64,000 nt of DNA from an uncultured delta proteobacterium (GTDB lineage Bacteria; Myxococcota_A; Polyangia; Polyangiales; Polyangiaceae). The notes beneath the pieces are model-generated. The model was given only the letters and a program-made list of their open reading frames with translations. It was not told the DNA's origin and did no database searches. The position numbers and the translations under genes are program-made. The stretch is taken from NCBI GenBank assembly GCA_963716725.1, contig CAVQUB010000010.1, positions 96,001 to 160,000 of the forward strand, written 5' to 3'. Shown here in pieces: positions 1 through 9,389 of the stretch; position 1 is the first letter of the stretch; every line of letters begins with the position of its first letter.

Positions 1-1
1 A

Positions 2-3000
2 GACAGCGTCGCCCAACTTGGACACGGCCTGGGCCTTCCGCTCAAGGTCGTCGCCGCTGCGACCATCAAGCTTCTGCCGGATCCGAAGGCCACCTTCGAA
101 TACTCCGCAGACGTAGTCGGTGGGGACAGCGGCGGGCCGGTGATCGACCTCGCCACCGGGCTGGTCACGGGCCTGGTCACCGCACGCCCGGACCCGCCCG
201 GTGGCGAGTTCACCCTAGATTCGACGGGATCCTGCTATCGCTACGGTGCGTCTTGTAGCGAACTGGATGGATGCCCCGCCTTTGCGGGCGATCCGAAGTT
301 CGCCGTCGCGACAGACCTGTCCGACGCGAACCTCCAGGGCGCGATCCCGACACCCCCACCCAACCCGACCCTCTTTGCGGATCTGGACCTCGACGGAGCC
401 CCGGACGAGGTCTCCTTGAAGGTCGTGGCCGGCTTCTACGCCTTGGATCTGAAGATCAGCAGCGGGCAGATTTGCCCGCTTTGCCCCATCATCACGCCTA
501 TACCGGCCGCGTTTCCGGCGCCGGATCTCTCGCCGGCGATCCACATCGGCGACTTCAACGGAGATCAGCGTCATGACGTGTTGGTCGTCTTCGATGGGTA
601 TCCACCGGCGTACGCAGATGGCAAGAGCTTGCTGACGCTGAGCCCCTTCAGTCTCGCGCAGTCGTTCCTGTCGGGCTCGGTGTGGTCTCCGACGCCATAC
701 TCGAGCTTCAGCGTTGCCGACTTCAACGAAGATGGCATCGACGATCTGCGCTCGCAAGACACCAGCGGGACAGTGCGGACGTTCATGGGGACTCGGTCGG
801 GCCCCATCACCTCTGCGGGGCTCGCGCCGGCGGTCGAGGTACCCCCAGAGTGCGGAGAGAGCTCGCCCAGAGCGCTGAATTGGAGTTCCCTTCCCTTCAT
901 GGCACGGCCGTACGAGGCCACGCGCGCGGTGGCGGTGGTGCCCGCCGACGTGGTCGGCGTTGCCGGCGGCGGAACTCTCCTCGCCATCGACTGCCCAGGG
1001 CCAACCAAGAAGAACCAGATCAAGCTCTTGGACCCGCGCAGCGGGGCCGTGAAGAAGACGATCGCCCTCACCGGCGGCGGCGAGTGGCGCTCATTCACGT
1101 ATCGGTTGGTGGAGAAGGACCTCCTTGCGCTGAGTAGCCCGCACGATCCGATGGGAAACTACACGGTCTTCCGCATCCCGCTCTCGAGCGGCTCGTCGGC
1201 CGCGGCGCAAACGCTCATCGTCCGCAAGCAAGATGGGATCGCGACCGGAGTCGGCTGGCACGCGAGCGCAGGGCGTATCCGTGTCCTCGTCGACGCGGGC
1301 GCCCCACGGGTCGACCGCTTTGCGCCGAACAACAGCTTCGTCATCGACGACTTCGTCGACGTCGCACCATGCATTCAAGGCCCCTACGAAAAAACGGCTC
1401 TCGTGGGCGGCCTCGCCGTCAGCGGAGAGGTGGAGGTTGGCGCATGCAACCACCTGGGTCTGGGCCGAGACAAGACGAACCTGCTCAATCTCGGCGTCAT
1501 CCAAGGGTCAAAGCGGCTCTCGGAGAACGCGCTGGAGTTGTTCCTGCACGACATCGAGTGCGACCCACTGACCTTCGAGACGGAGCCGAAGAACGTCATC
1601 TGGGGCGTGTCGCGCAGCGGTCGGATGATTCGGGCCTTCGAGGTCGATGGTGCAACGTGTGGGTTTGCGGGCTTTCCGCCGACGTCGAAGCTGTGCGTGA
1701 CGCCAGGCGACGGTCAGCCCGAAATCGTCGCCGTCTACTCCGGCGCAGGCGCGTCTTTCTTCCAGGGCGCGGACGGACGCATCTGGGCGTCCGGTGACAA
1801 CTCGCTCGGCCAACTCGGCCTCGGTGGCATTCCAAACGTGCTCGGCCCGACGTTGGTCCCGCCACTCCAGACTGCCAAAGGGATCGCCACGAGCTCGACG
1901 CACACGCTGGCCGTTCTTGGCGACGGAACCGTTGTCGCGACCGGGGACAACTCCTCCGGTCAACTCGGAAGGACGGACGTGGGCCCCAGCGGGCACCCGA
2001 TGCCGATCCCCTCCCTGACGGCTGCTGCAGTCGCGGCGGGCGACGGTTTCTCTGTGGCGTTGCTCGTGGACGGGACGGTCTGGACCTGGGGCGCGAATGA
2101 CGCGGGTCAGTTGGGCGACGGAACCACGCTCCCGCGCGCCGCTCCTGCCCCCGTCGCGTCCGACGTCGGGCCCATCGTGGCGATCGCAGCCGGGGGTCGC
2201 TTCGTGCTCGCGCTGGATGAAAACGGGCAAATCTGGGCCTGGGGAGCGAACGAGCGCGGGCAACTCGGCATTGGCAGCGAGTCGGCGTTCTCCGCGACAC
2301 CGGTTCGCGTTGCCCAGAGTGCCCGCGCGAACCCCGATGCCGACCGCGCGAGCGCGATTGCAGCGGGTCGCGCGCATGCGCTGGCTGCGACCGCCGATGG
2401 CCTGATCATCGCATGGGGCGAGAACTCTCGGGGCCAGCTTGGGAAGGCTCCGTCGAGCCCGGCCACGACACCTGTCCTGGTCCCAGGCGCGGCCGGCATC
2501 CGCGTGGTCGCAGCGGGTTCGGCGCACTCCGTCGCATTGACCGACGCAGGGAGCGTGTTCGCGTGGGGCGCCAACGACCACGGGGAACTCGGCGATGGAA
2601 CGACGCAGGAGCGCGCTACGCCTCTGCCGGTCCTCGATCGCTGCAGCCGCACAGGAACGGTCCGCGCAGCGTCGAGCGTTGCGGCGGGGGCGGCCCACAC
2701 GCTGGCCGTCGGCAGTGTGCTCGCTTGGGGGAGCAACGCGCAAGGGCAACTCGGGCTCGGCAGCTCCGAGGACGCTTCAACAGCCAGCCCGGTAGTGTTC
2801 AACCACGCTCCGAGCTGTGCGTCGGCCACGGCATTGCCGGGCGTCGTGCTCTGGCCGCCGAACGGAGCTCTCTTCGACGTGAGCGTCAGCGGCGTGATCG
2901 ATCCCGACGGGGATCCCGTCCAGATCGAGGTGACAGGCGTCTCCCAGGACGAGTCACAGCAAGCCCCCGGCCAGGGCAGCGTGAACCCAGATGCATTCAT

Positions 3001-3559
3001 CGTTCAGGGCAAGGCCAAACTCCGAGCCGAACGCTCAGGACAGGGCGACGGGCGCGTCTACCACCTCAGGTTCCGAGCGTCAGATCCGGGTGGAGCTGCG
3101 TGCACCGGCGTGATCCGAGTCTGCGTCCCACACAACGGAAAGACGTGCGGCGACGGAGGACCGCTTCACGTCTCGACCGAGCCGCCCGGCCTCGGAGCGT
3201 GTCAAAGCATGCCGGGCGAGCCGGACGACTGCCACGCTTGCTCGCGGACGCAGTGCTGCGGCGAGCTGACGGCCTGCGCAGCCGACGCTGCGTGCACGTC
3301 GGGGGGGCCCGACGGTCGCGGAGAGTTCGTGTGCCTGCGTGACTGCCTCGGCACAGCGGTCGCCACGTCGTACGACCTTGTCGCCGCCAGCGTTTCGTGT
3401 GCGGCCAGTTGCGCCACGAAGAGCAAGAAGCTCTCACCGAAGACCTCAAGCTTGCTCTCCTGCATCGCTGGATCCGTCGGAGCGATGGTCGGCGGGCACT
3501 GCGCCGCCGAGTGTCTGGGCGGGGACGCATCCCCCGTGCTGCTGGAGGCACCGAGGTGA
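2..3559 (+). CDS. 5'-truncated multidomain secreted protein: trypsin-like serine protease C-terminal half, FG-GAP repeats, RCC1 beta-propeller, Ig-like WPPN domain, Cys-rich tail
   Basis: Frame is open from nt 2 and reads ...GHGLGLPLK...FEYSADVVGGDSGGPVID (chymotrypsin-fold nucleophile motif) upstream of the ORF-track start at 140. Also GDFNGD/ADFNEDG repeats, about 7 'WGxNxxGQLG' RCC1 repeats, the 'LWPPN...LRAERSGQGDGRVY' domain and a C-terminal CxxC/CC domain. Confidence 0.85.
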   Translation, partial: DSVAQLGHGLGLPLKVVAAATIKLLPDPKATFEYSADVVGGDSGGPVIDLATGLVTGLVTARPDPPGGEFTLDSTGSCYRYGASCSELDGCPAFAGDPKFAVATDLSDANLQGAIPTPPPNPTLFADLDLDGAPDEVSLKVVAGFYALDLKISSGQICPLCPIITPIPAAFPAPDLSPAIHIGDFNGDQRHDVLVVFDGYPPAYADGKSLLTLSPFSLAQSFLSGSVWSPTPYSSFSVADFNEDGIDDLRSQDTSGTVRTFMGTRSGPITSAGLAPAVEVPPECGESSPRALNWSSLPFMARPYEATRAVAVVPADVVGVAGGGTLLAIDCPGPTKKNQIKLLDPRSGAVKKTIALTGGGEWRSFTYRLVEKDLLALSSPHDPMGNYTVFRIPLSSGSSAAAQTLIVRKQDGIATGVGWHASAGRIRVLVDAGAPRVDRFAPNNSFVIDDFVDVAPCIQGPYEKTALVGGLAVSGEVEVGACNHLGLGRDKTNLLNLGVIQGSKRLSENALELFLHDIECDPLTFETEPKNVIWGVSRSGRMIRAFEVDGATCGFAGFPPTSKLCVTPGDGQPEIVAVYSGAGASFFQGADGRIWASGDNSLGQLGLGGIPNVLGPTLVPPLQTAKGIATSSTHTLAVLGDGTVVATGDNSSGQLGRTDVGPSGHPMPIPSLTAAAVAAGDGFSVALLVDGTVWTWGANDAGQLGDGTTLPRAAPAPVASDVGPIVAIAAGGRFVLALDENGQIWAWGANERGQLGIGSESAFSATPVRVAQSARANPDADRASAIAAGRAHALAATADGLIIAWGENSRGQLGKAPSSPATTPVLVPGAAGIRVVAAGSAHSVALTDAGSVFAWGANDHGELGDGTTQERATPLPVLDRCSRTGTVRAASSVAAGAAHTLAVGSVLAWGSNAQGQLGLGSSEDASTASPVVFNHAPSCASATALPGVVLWPPNGALFDVSVSGVIDPDGDPVQIEVTGVSQDESQQAPGQGSVNPDAFIVQGKAKLRAERSGQGDGRVYHLRFRASDPGGAACTGVIRVCVPHNGKTCGDGGPLHVSTEPPGLGACQSMPGEPDDCHACSRTQCCGELTACAADAACTSGGPDGRGEFVCLRDCLGTAVATSYDLVAASVSCAASCATKSKKLSPKTSSLLSCIAGSVGAMVGGHCAAECLGGDASPVLLEAPR

Positions 3560-4323
3560 GATGCGCTCGGTGGGCTTGCTCTGGCCTGCTCGTCGCCACG
3601 GGTTGCTCGACGCCACCACAACCAGCTGTCAAGCCCAGGCCCGCGCCAGTAGCGACGGCGACGGCGGACGCTGCCCAGCCCGCCCGGCCAACGCCAGAGG
3701 TGGGGGAGCACTCGGGCATCATGCCGGAGGATCTATGGATCCCGTACCGCTTCCAGCTCGTGCGAGAGAAGGAGCCGATCGATCCAGAGTGGTCGACTAG
3801 CACCGAGAACCTCCTGCTCGAACGCTTTGTCGATACCTCCAATCGCCATTTGGTCGCCGTGCAGTGCCGGCGCATGACGTGCCTCACGGCGTTCATCCTT
3901 CGCCCTCCCGCCGAACCACCGAACTGGCCGATCCTCGACTGGGCGGGTGCGCGTTGGGGAACCACCCGCGAGCGCTCCGACGGTTGGATCGACGTGCTCA
4001 TAGTCAACAAGCGGCACCCCGACGACCGGCCGGACGTCGGAGAGCGGGTTGCTTCCCATGGTGCTCCGAACTCCTCCGCGGCCTGCCGCGCCGAGCGGCG
4101 CGGGTATTCGACCGAGTCGGATTTTCGCACTTGCGCCGTCGTCGCGTCCTTCGGCCATGCGCAGGACTTCCTCTGCTTCGGGTCCCGGGATGATGCGTGC
4201 GACTGCGCGTGCAGCATGTGGGGACGTGAATTAACACGCTGTAGGATGGACGAAGCCCATCTCGTGGGCTGCTCCGGACCGCACCGTTACCCCGAGTGGA
4301 AGGTGGAGTTCTTTCCACCTTGA
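3556..4323 (+). CDS. Hypothetical lipoprotein with Cys-rich C-terminus
   Basis: GTG at 3556 overlaps the upstream TGA (GTGA); signal ends LLVATG-C; Pro/Ala linker follows. Confidence 0.6.
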   Translation: MRCARWACSGLLVATGCSTPPQPAVKPRPAPVATATADAAQPARPTPEVGEHSGIMPEDLWIPYRFQLVREKEPIDPEWSTSTENLLLERFVDTSNRHLVAVQCRRMTCLTAFILRPPAEPPNWPILDWAGARWGTTRERSDGWIDVLIVNKRHPDDRPDVGERVASHGAPNSSAACRAERRGYSTESDFRTCAVVASFGHAQDFLCFGSRDDACDCACSMWGRELTRCRMDEAHLVGCSGPHRYPEWKVEFFPP

Positions 4324-4334
4324 CCGCTCCTGGG

Positions 4335-5816
4335 TCACGGCACCCGGGCGATTCCGAGCCAGCGCCCCTCGGCGGAGAGGGCGAAGCTCGCTGCGCGGTC
4401 GGACACGACGGCGATTTGGTCTTCGTGCCACAGCGGTAGGACCGGCAGGTCGCGCTGCATGCGCTCGGCGATGCGAGCGTAGAGATCTTTGCGTCGAGCC
4501 GCGTCCCGCGTCGCGCCGGCGGCGTCGAGCCAATTGCCCACCTCGGGGTCGCGATAACGCGCGCGGTTCTTGCCCTCACCGCCCTCGCCGGGCACTCCGC
4601 GCGGGTGGAAGAACCACGCCAGCACGTTTGGCTCGGTGAGCTCGGGCATCTGAAGCGTCGCCATCTCGAAGTCGCCCGCGTCGAGGCGAGCGAGCAGCAC
4701 GCCGAAGTCGAGGGTGACGACGCGCACGCTCAGCCCCGCGTCTCCGAGCATCTGCGCGATGGCCCGCGCGATGGTCACGCGCAGCCAATCGGTGCTCGTG
4801 ACCAGCGTGACCTCGGGCAGACTCGCCAAGAGCGCGCGCTCGGGGCCGGGATCGAAGCGCTGACTCGGCAGCGACTCGGGCGCTGCCCAGTGGCCTCGTG
4901 GCAAGAGCCCGTTCGCGCTCTCGGCGCGTCCCGCCAGAAGCGTCCGCACGATCTGCTCGCGGTCGATGGATCGCGCGATGGCTCGGCGGACCTCTGGGCG
5001 ATCGAAGGGCGGCCGTTCGTTCTGGTACAGGAGGTAGCTGATGTTCGCGCCGGTGCGAGCTCGGATTGTCAGACCCGCGCGCCCTTCGAGTGACGGCAAC
5101 AGAGTCGGCGACAGCGCGTTGGGTGCGACGTCGGCGCGGCCGGCGAGCAGCCGGAGCGCGCGGGCGTTCTCGTCGCGGATGCTGCGAATCACGACGGAGT
5201 GGCGCGGCCGGGGCAGCACTCCGGTGTCGGCTGGTTCGAGCTCGACCACGGCCGGCGTTGCGCGGGTCACACGATACGGACCGATCCCGTCCAGGCCGCC
5301 CAGGGGCTGCGGGGCCCATCGAGCCTGGTCCTCTCGCAAGATCGGCACCTCGAGATCAGTGAGCAGCGTCGCACGATCGGTCGCGAGCTCGATGCGCAGC
5401 CGCTGTTCCGCCTGGGGCACGCAGGATCCAATGGCGCGTACGACCGCGCGGTGCGGGCTGCCGAGCTTGGCCTCCCCGAGGGCCGTGAGGGTCGCACACA
5501 CGTCCGCCGACGTGAGCGGCTTGCCGCTGTGGAAGGTCACGCCAGGCCGAAGCTCGACCTCGAGCACGCGGTCACTCACGAAGCGCCAGCGCTGGGCGGC
5601 CAAGGGCACGGGCGCGAGGGTGTCCGGATCGAGCCCGACCAGACCGGCGTGGATCAAGCGGGTCGTCTTGACGTCGTGGCCGCGGGTCGAGAACCTCGGA
5701 TCGAGGGTGGCGATCTCCTGGGGCAGCACGATCTCGAGGGGGCGCTCGCTCGGGGGCGCCCGCTCCGCGCAGCTCGATGCGGCTGAAAGCAGGCCGAAGA
5801 CCACCGCGATGCGCAC
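4335..5816 (-). CDS. Peptide/nickel ABC transporter substrate-binding lipoprotein (family 5)
   Basis: Lipobox AASS-C; motifs TLDPR, LRPGVTFHSG..LTSADV, GIGPYRV, VRRAIARSIDRE, LPVLPLWH. Confidence 0.9.
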   Translation of the reverse strand: MRIAVVFGLLSAASSCAERAPPSERPLEIVLPQEIATLDPRFSTRGHDVKTTRLIHAGLVGLDPDTLAPVPLAAQRWRFVSDRVLEVELRPGVTFHSGKPLTSADVCATLTALGEAKLGSPHRAVVRAIGSCVPQAEQRLRIELATDRATLLTDLEVPILREDQARWAPQPLGGLDGIGPYRVTRATPAVVELEPADTGVLPRPRHSVVIRSIRDENARALRLLAGRADVAPNALSPTLLPSLEGRAGLTIRARTGANISYLLYQNERPPFDRPEVRRAIARSIDREQIVRTLLAGRAESANGLLPRGHWAAPESLPSQRFDPGPERALLASLPEVTLVTSTDWLRVTIARAIAQMLGDAGLSVRVVTLDFGVLLARLDAGDFEMATLQMPELTEPNVLAWFFHPRGVPGEGGEGKNRARYRDPEVGNWLDAAGATRDAARRKDLYARIAERMQRDLPVLPLWHEDQIAVVSDRAASFALSAEGRWLGIARVP

Positions 5817-5908
5817 GGGTCGGTCATAGACCAGGGCGGAGGCAGGCGCGAGTTTCCAGGGCCCAGGAATTGCCCAAAGGCCGAGCTGCGTTTATCTCCA
5901 GAGGGCCC

Positions 5909-7351
5909 ATGCGAAACGCGGTCCTAGCTCTGCTCGTCGCAGCCGCCTTGGCGGGCCACGCCGCGACAGCGAGCGCAGAGCCGCCGCCCGCCGCCGCCCG
6001 CGCGGTCGCCACGACGCAGACGGAGCTCGACCGCCTCGCAGCCTGGGTCGATCGCCAGAAGGGTGAGCTGTCGGCTCGGATCGTGGAAGTCGAGACGGGA
6101 CGGGTGATCGCCGAGAAGAACCCGGTGCTCTCCCTCAACCCGGCGTCCAATGCCAAGGTCGTCACCGCGGCGGCGCTGCTCGCACGGCTTGGGACGGACC
6201 ATCGCTTCAAGAGCGGGCTGTACGGCGAAGTCACCGGTGGAGTGGTGGCGCGGCTGGTGCTGCGCTCGAACGGTGATCCCAGCCTCTCGAGTCGAGACCT
6301 CGAGAAGCTGGTCAAGGCGGTCGCCGACGCGGGCGTCAAGCGTGTCGGCGAGATCTTGGTCGATCAGGGCGCCTTCGACCCGCGCTTCGTGCCGCCGGCG
6401 TTCGAGCAGCAGCCAGCCGAGTGGGCACCATTTCGTGCCCCGGTGAGCGCGGTGTCGCTCGATCGCAACGCCTTCGTCGTGCGCGTGGCTCCAGGATCCA
6501 TCGGCGAACCGGCCCGCGTCAGCGTCGATCCGGCGGGGTTCGTGGACATCGAGGGCAAGATCGTCACCGAGAAGAAGGGCAAGGGAAAGTCCCTCCGCGT
6601 CGAGATGCGCCCGAACGGCAGCGCGCTCGCGATCCGCTTGTCGGGTCACATCGCCATCGACGCCAAGCCCACTGCCTTCGCAAAACGCGTCGAGGATCCG
6701 CGGCTGTACGCTGGCCACGTGCTCAGGGCGCTGCTGAAGCGTCGCGGGGTCCCGGTCGATGGTGGTGTGAGCGAGGGCGGCAAAAGCGAGACCCACGCGC
6801 TAGCGGAGAAATCCAGCGAGCCCGTGTCGATGCTGCTGCGCGAGGTCGGGAAGCACAGCGACAACTTCACTGCCGAGACGCTGCTGAAGGCATTGGGCGC
6901 AGCGACCAGTCGCCGTCCTGGCAGCAGCGCCGACGGCGCGGCCGCGGTCAGCGAATGGATGAAGTCGGCGGGGGCCCTGGACTCGAGCACTCGTATCGTC
7001 AACGGATCCGGGCTGTTCGATGCGAATCGGATCAGCGCGGCGTCGCTCGTTGCTGCGCAGATCGCCGCATCGAAAGAACCCAAGACCGGATCGGCTTTCG
7101 TCGACCAACTCGCGGTGGGCGGAGTCGACGGCACGCTCCGCAACCGCTTTCGCAGCAAGCGGCTCAAGCAGAAGCTTCGCGGCAAGACCGGCACGCTGGC
7201 TCGCGCCCACTCGCTGTCCGGGGTCGTGCTCGGGGACGATGGGCGGCCCCGCTTCGCGTTCGCGCTGCTGATCAACGGCATCGGAACCAAAGCCGACGAG
7301 CAGCGACGCTGGATCGATCGCGTGGTGGAGAGGGCGGCGGCGGAGCGCTGA
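5909..7351 (+). CDS. dacB: D-alanyl-D-alanine carboxypeptidase/endopeptidase (PBP4, peptidase S13)
   Basis: PASNAK (SxxK), HSDNFTAE (SxN), NGSGL, GKTGTL (KTG); signal peptide from ATG 5909. Confidence 0.92.
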   Translation: MRNAVLALLVAAALAGHAATASAEPPPAAARAVATTQTELDRLAAWVDRQKGELSARIVEVETGRVIAEKNPVLSLNPASNAKVVTAAALLARLGTDHRFKSGLYGEVTGGVVARLVLRSNGDPSLSSRDLEKLVKAVADAGVKRVGEILVDQGAFDPRFVPPAFEQQPAEWAPFRAPVSAVSLDRNAFVVRVAPGSIGEPARVSVDPAGFVDIEGKIVTEKKGKGKSLRVEMRPNGSALAIRLSGHIAIDAKPTAFAKRVEDPRLYAGHVLRALLKRRGVPVDGGVSEGGKSETHALAEKSSEPVSMLLREVGKHSDNFTAETLLKALGAATSRRPGSSADGAAAVSEWMKSAGALDSSTRIVNGSGLFDANRISAASLVAAQIAASKEPKTGSAFVDQLAVGGVDGTLRNRFRSKRLKQKLRGKTGTLARAHSLSGVVLGDDGRPRFAFALLINGIGTKADEQRRWIDRVVERAAAER

Positions 7352-7392
7352 TCGCCAGGCTGGGGGCGGGCTTCGGCGGCGCTCGTGCTTGG

Positions 7393-7411
7393 GTATGACC
7401 AGAGTTATACT
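7393..7411 (+). promoter_or_regulatory. TA operator palindrome overlapping a -10 box
   Basis: GTATGAC-CAGA-GTTATAC imperfect inverted repeat; TATACT at 7406-7411, 6 nt before the GTG start. Confidence 0.6.
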
Positions 7412-7417
7412 CCGGGA

Positions 7418-7660
7418 GTGAAGACGGCCATCTCGATCCCAGACGACGTGTTCCGCGACGCGGAGCGCTTCGCCAAGAAGCTGGGCCTCTCGCGCAGCGA
7501 GCTCTTCACCCGGGCGGTGCGGGGCTACGTCGAAGAGCACCAAGCTCGAGAGCTTCGCGCCTCGTACGATCGAGCGTTCGGGTCCGACAGCGGCGACGAC
7601 GACACGAGCGAGCTCGCAAAGCGCGCCGCAACTCGGGCACTTTCCGACGTCGAGTGGTGA
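7418..7660 (+). CDS. Ribbon-helix-helix antitoxin (MazE/ChpI-like)
   Basis: MKTAISIPDDVFRDAERFAKKLGLSRSELFTRAV is an RHH pattern; the gene overlaps the start of a PemK/MazF gene. Confidence 0.85.
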   Translation: MKTAISIPDDVFRDAERFAKKLGLSRSELFTRAVRGYVEEHQARELRASYDRAFGSDSGDDDTSELAKRAATRALSDVEW

Positions 7661-8002
7661 TGGAAACGAGGGGAGGTGTGGTGGGCGGATTTCGGAGCTC
7701 CGAGAGGATAAGCCCCGGCGCTTCGCCGCCCGGTCTTGATTGTCCAAGACGACGTGCTCACCGAGTCTGCGCTGCGGACCGTAATGGTGGTGCCGTTGAC
7801 CTCGAATCTGCGTCGGGCGGAGGCCATCGGGAACGTGTTGTTACAGCCCCGCGAGACCGGGCTCGATCGCGCTTCCGTCGTTCTCGTGCGTCAGGTCATG
7901 ACGCTGGACGCCGCGCATTTCGATCGGATCGTCGGCAGCCTGTCGCCTCGCGCTCGCAAGACCGTGGACGCGGGGCTGAAGCTCGCGCTCGCCCTCGGAT
8001 GA
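7654..8002 (+). pseudogene. mazF: PemK/MazF-family toxin interrupted by a +1 frameshift (~7662) and an in-frame TAA (7709-7711); possibly sequencing error
   Basis: Frame of 7661 reads WKRGEVWWADFGAPRG*APALRRPVLIVQDD...TVMVVPLTSN...QVMTLD...VDAGLKLAL, a classic MazF; the start codons at 7654/7657/7660 are in another frame. Confidence 0.85.
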
Positions 8003-8059
8003 GCCGCTGCAGGGCGCTCGGCCGTTGCCGCCTCCAGGGCCGTGGGGCATCGTAGGCGC

Positions 8060-9304
8060 GTGTCGGCAGACCCCCATCCTCCGCCCTGGGCGGAGCTCGG
8101 CAGCGCCTATCGCTCCGTGAAGGTCCTCGCGGGCGGCGAGCTCGGGGTCGCGACGAAGGACCACCTGGTGACGATCTTTGGTGCTGCGCGCACGGTCGTG
8201 CACCTGGATCTCGAAGGACGACTCCATCGGGCGTGGCTCGGCGACAGATCGTATCAACGCGGCCTCGACGGGAGGGTTCGACGCGTCACCTTCGAGGGCG
8301 AAGGTCGCGATCGTTCAATCGCCATCGAGATTGTGTCACCGGGGCTGGCGGCCGGCGTGTTCGCGCAAATTGGGGAGCTGGTCGCCGCTGCGCATGCTGC
8401 GCTGCCTGCCGACGTCGAGCCGGTCGTCGCCGAGACGCTCGCGCTTGCGCTGGGCGCGTTTGCTCCGAGCGCGGTGGAAGGGGAGGCGGCGAAATTCCGC
8501 GCCGCCTACGATCCGATCCCAATCCTGCCGCCGGATCGCAACCGCGCGCTGGTGATCCAGCTCACCTCCGGATGCTCCTGGAACCGTTGTACGTTCTGCC
8601 ACCTCTACCGCGATACGCGCTTCAGCATGAAGACGCCCGAGTCACTGGCGGACCACATCGGGCGGGTGCTCGGCGTGGTTGGCCGGGCGCTGCCGCTGCG
8701 CCGGGGTGTGTTTTTGGGCCAGGCCAACGCCCTGGTGATCGCGCGAGACAAGCTCTTGCCGCTGATCGACGTCGTGAACGCCGAGCTCCGGCGGGCGAGT
8801 GCTCCGGCTGCGTTCAGGTCGCTGTCGGCCTTCGTGGACGCCTTCTCGAGCCCGAAGCGCGTCGAGGAGTGGGCCGAACTCAGGCAGCGGGGCCTCGAGA
8901 GCGTGTCCCTCGGCCTCGAGAGCGGCAGCGACGACGTGCTGGCGACGCTGGGCAAGCCCGCGGAGTCGGCCGGCGCAGTTCGCCTGGTCGAGCAGCTCCG
9001 CGAGGCTGGCATCGGCGTCGGCGTCATCGTGCTCGCGGGCGCGGGTGGAGCGCGATGGCAAGAGCGCCACGTCGGCGCGACGGTCGAGGTCATTGCGCGC
9101 ATGGGCCTTCGGAAGGGCGATCGCGTGTACCTCTCGCCGCTGCAGGTCGAGCAGGGCTCGGGCTTTCAAGCGGCGTTCCAAGAGTTGGGAACGCTCTGCC
9201 TGGCCGAGATCGAGGCGCAGGCGAACAGCATCCGCGCGGGCCTGCGGGCGGCGGGGGTCAGCGTGCCCGTCGCGCGCTACGACATCCGAAGGTTCGTGTA
9301 CTGA
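8060..9304 (+). CDS. Radical SAM protein of unknown function
   Basis: ILPPD..ALVIQLTSGCSWNRCTFC (CX3CX2C), SLGLESGSD; start uncertain (8042 or 8060). Confidence 0.85.
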   Translation: MSADPHPPPWAELGSAYRSVKVLAGGELGVATKDHLVTIFGAARTVVHLDLEGRLHRAWLGDRSYQRGLDGRVRRVTFEGEGRDRSIAIEIVSPGLAAGVFAQIGELVAAAHAALPADVEPVVAETLALALGAFAPSAVEGEAAKFRAAYDPIPILPPDRNRALVIQLTSGCSWNRCTFCHLYRDTRFSMKTPESLADHIGRVLGVVGRALPLRRGVFLGQANALVIARDKLLPLIDVVNAELRRASAPAAFRSLSAFVDAFSSPKRVEEWAELRQRGLESVSLGLESGSDDVLATLGKPAESAGAVRLVEQLREAGIGVGVIVLAGAGGARWQERHVGATVEVIARMGLRKGDRVYLSPLQVEQGSGFQAAFQELGTLCLAEIEAQANSIRAGLRAAGVSVPVARYDIRRFVY

Positions 9305-9331
9305 GGGTTCGGTCGAGCGGTCGGATTCACA

Positions 9332-9362
9332 GGAAGGCGGGAAGGCGGGAAGGCGGGAGGCG
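9332..9362. repeat. Extragenic 8-bp tandem repeat (GGAAGGCG)x3 plus one degenerate copy
   Basis: Read directly in the gap between convergent genes. Confidence 0.85.
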
Positions 9363-9389
9363 GTGCAGCATGACGGCAGCTCCGCCGCG

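Noticed and set aside
7709..7711. Recoded stop (Sec/Pyl) in mazF
   Set aside because: The codon is TAA, not TGA or TAG, and the position corresponds to a Ser in the family pattern.
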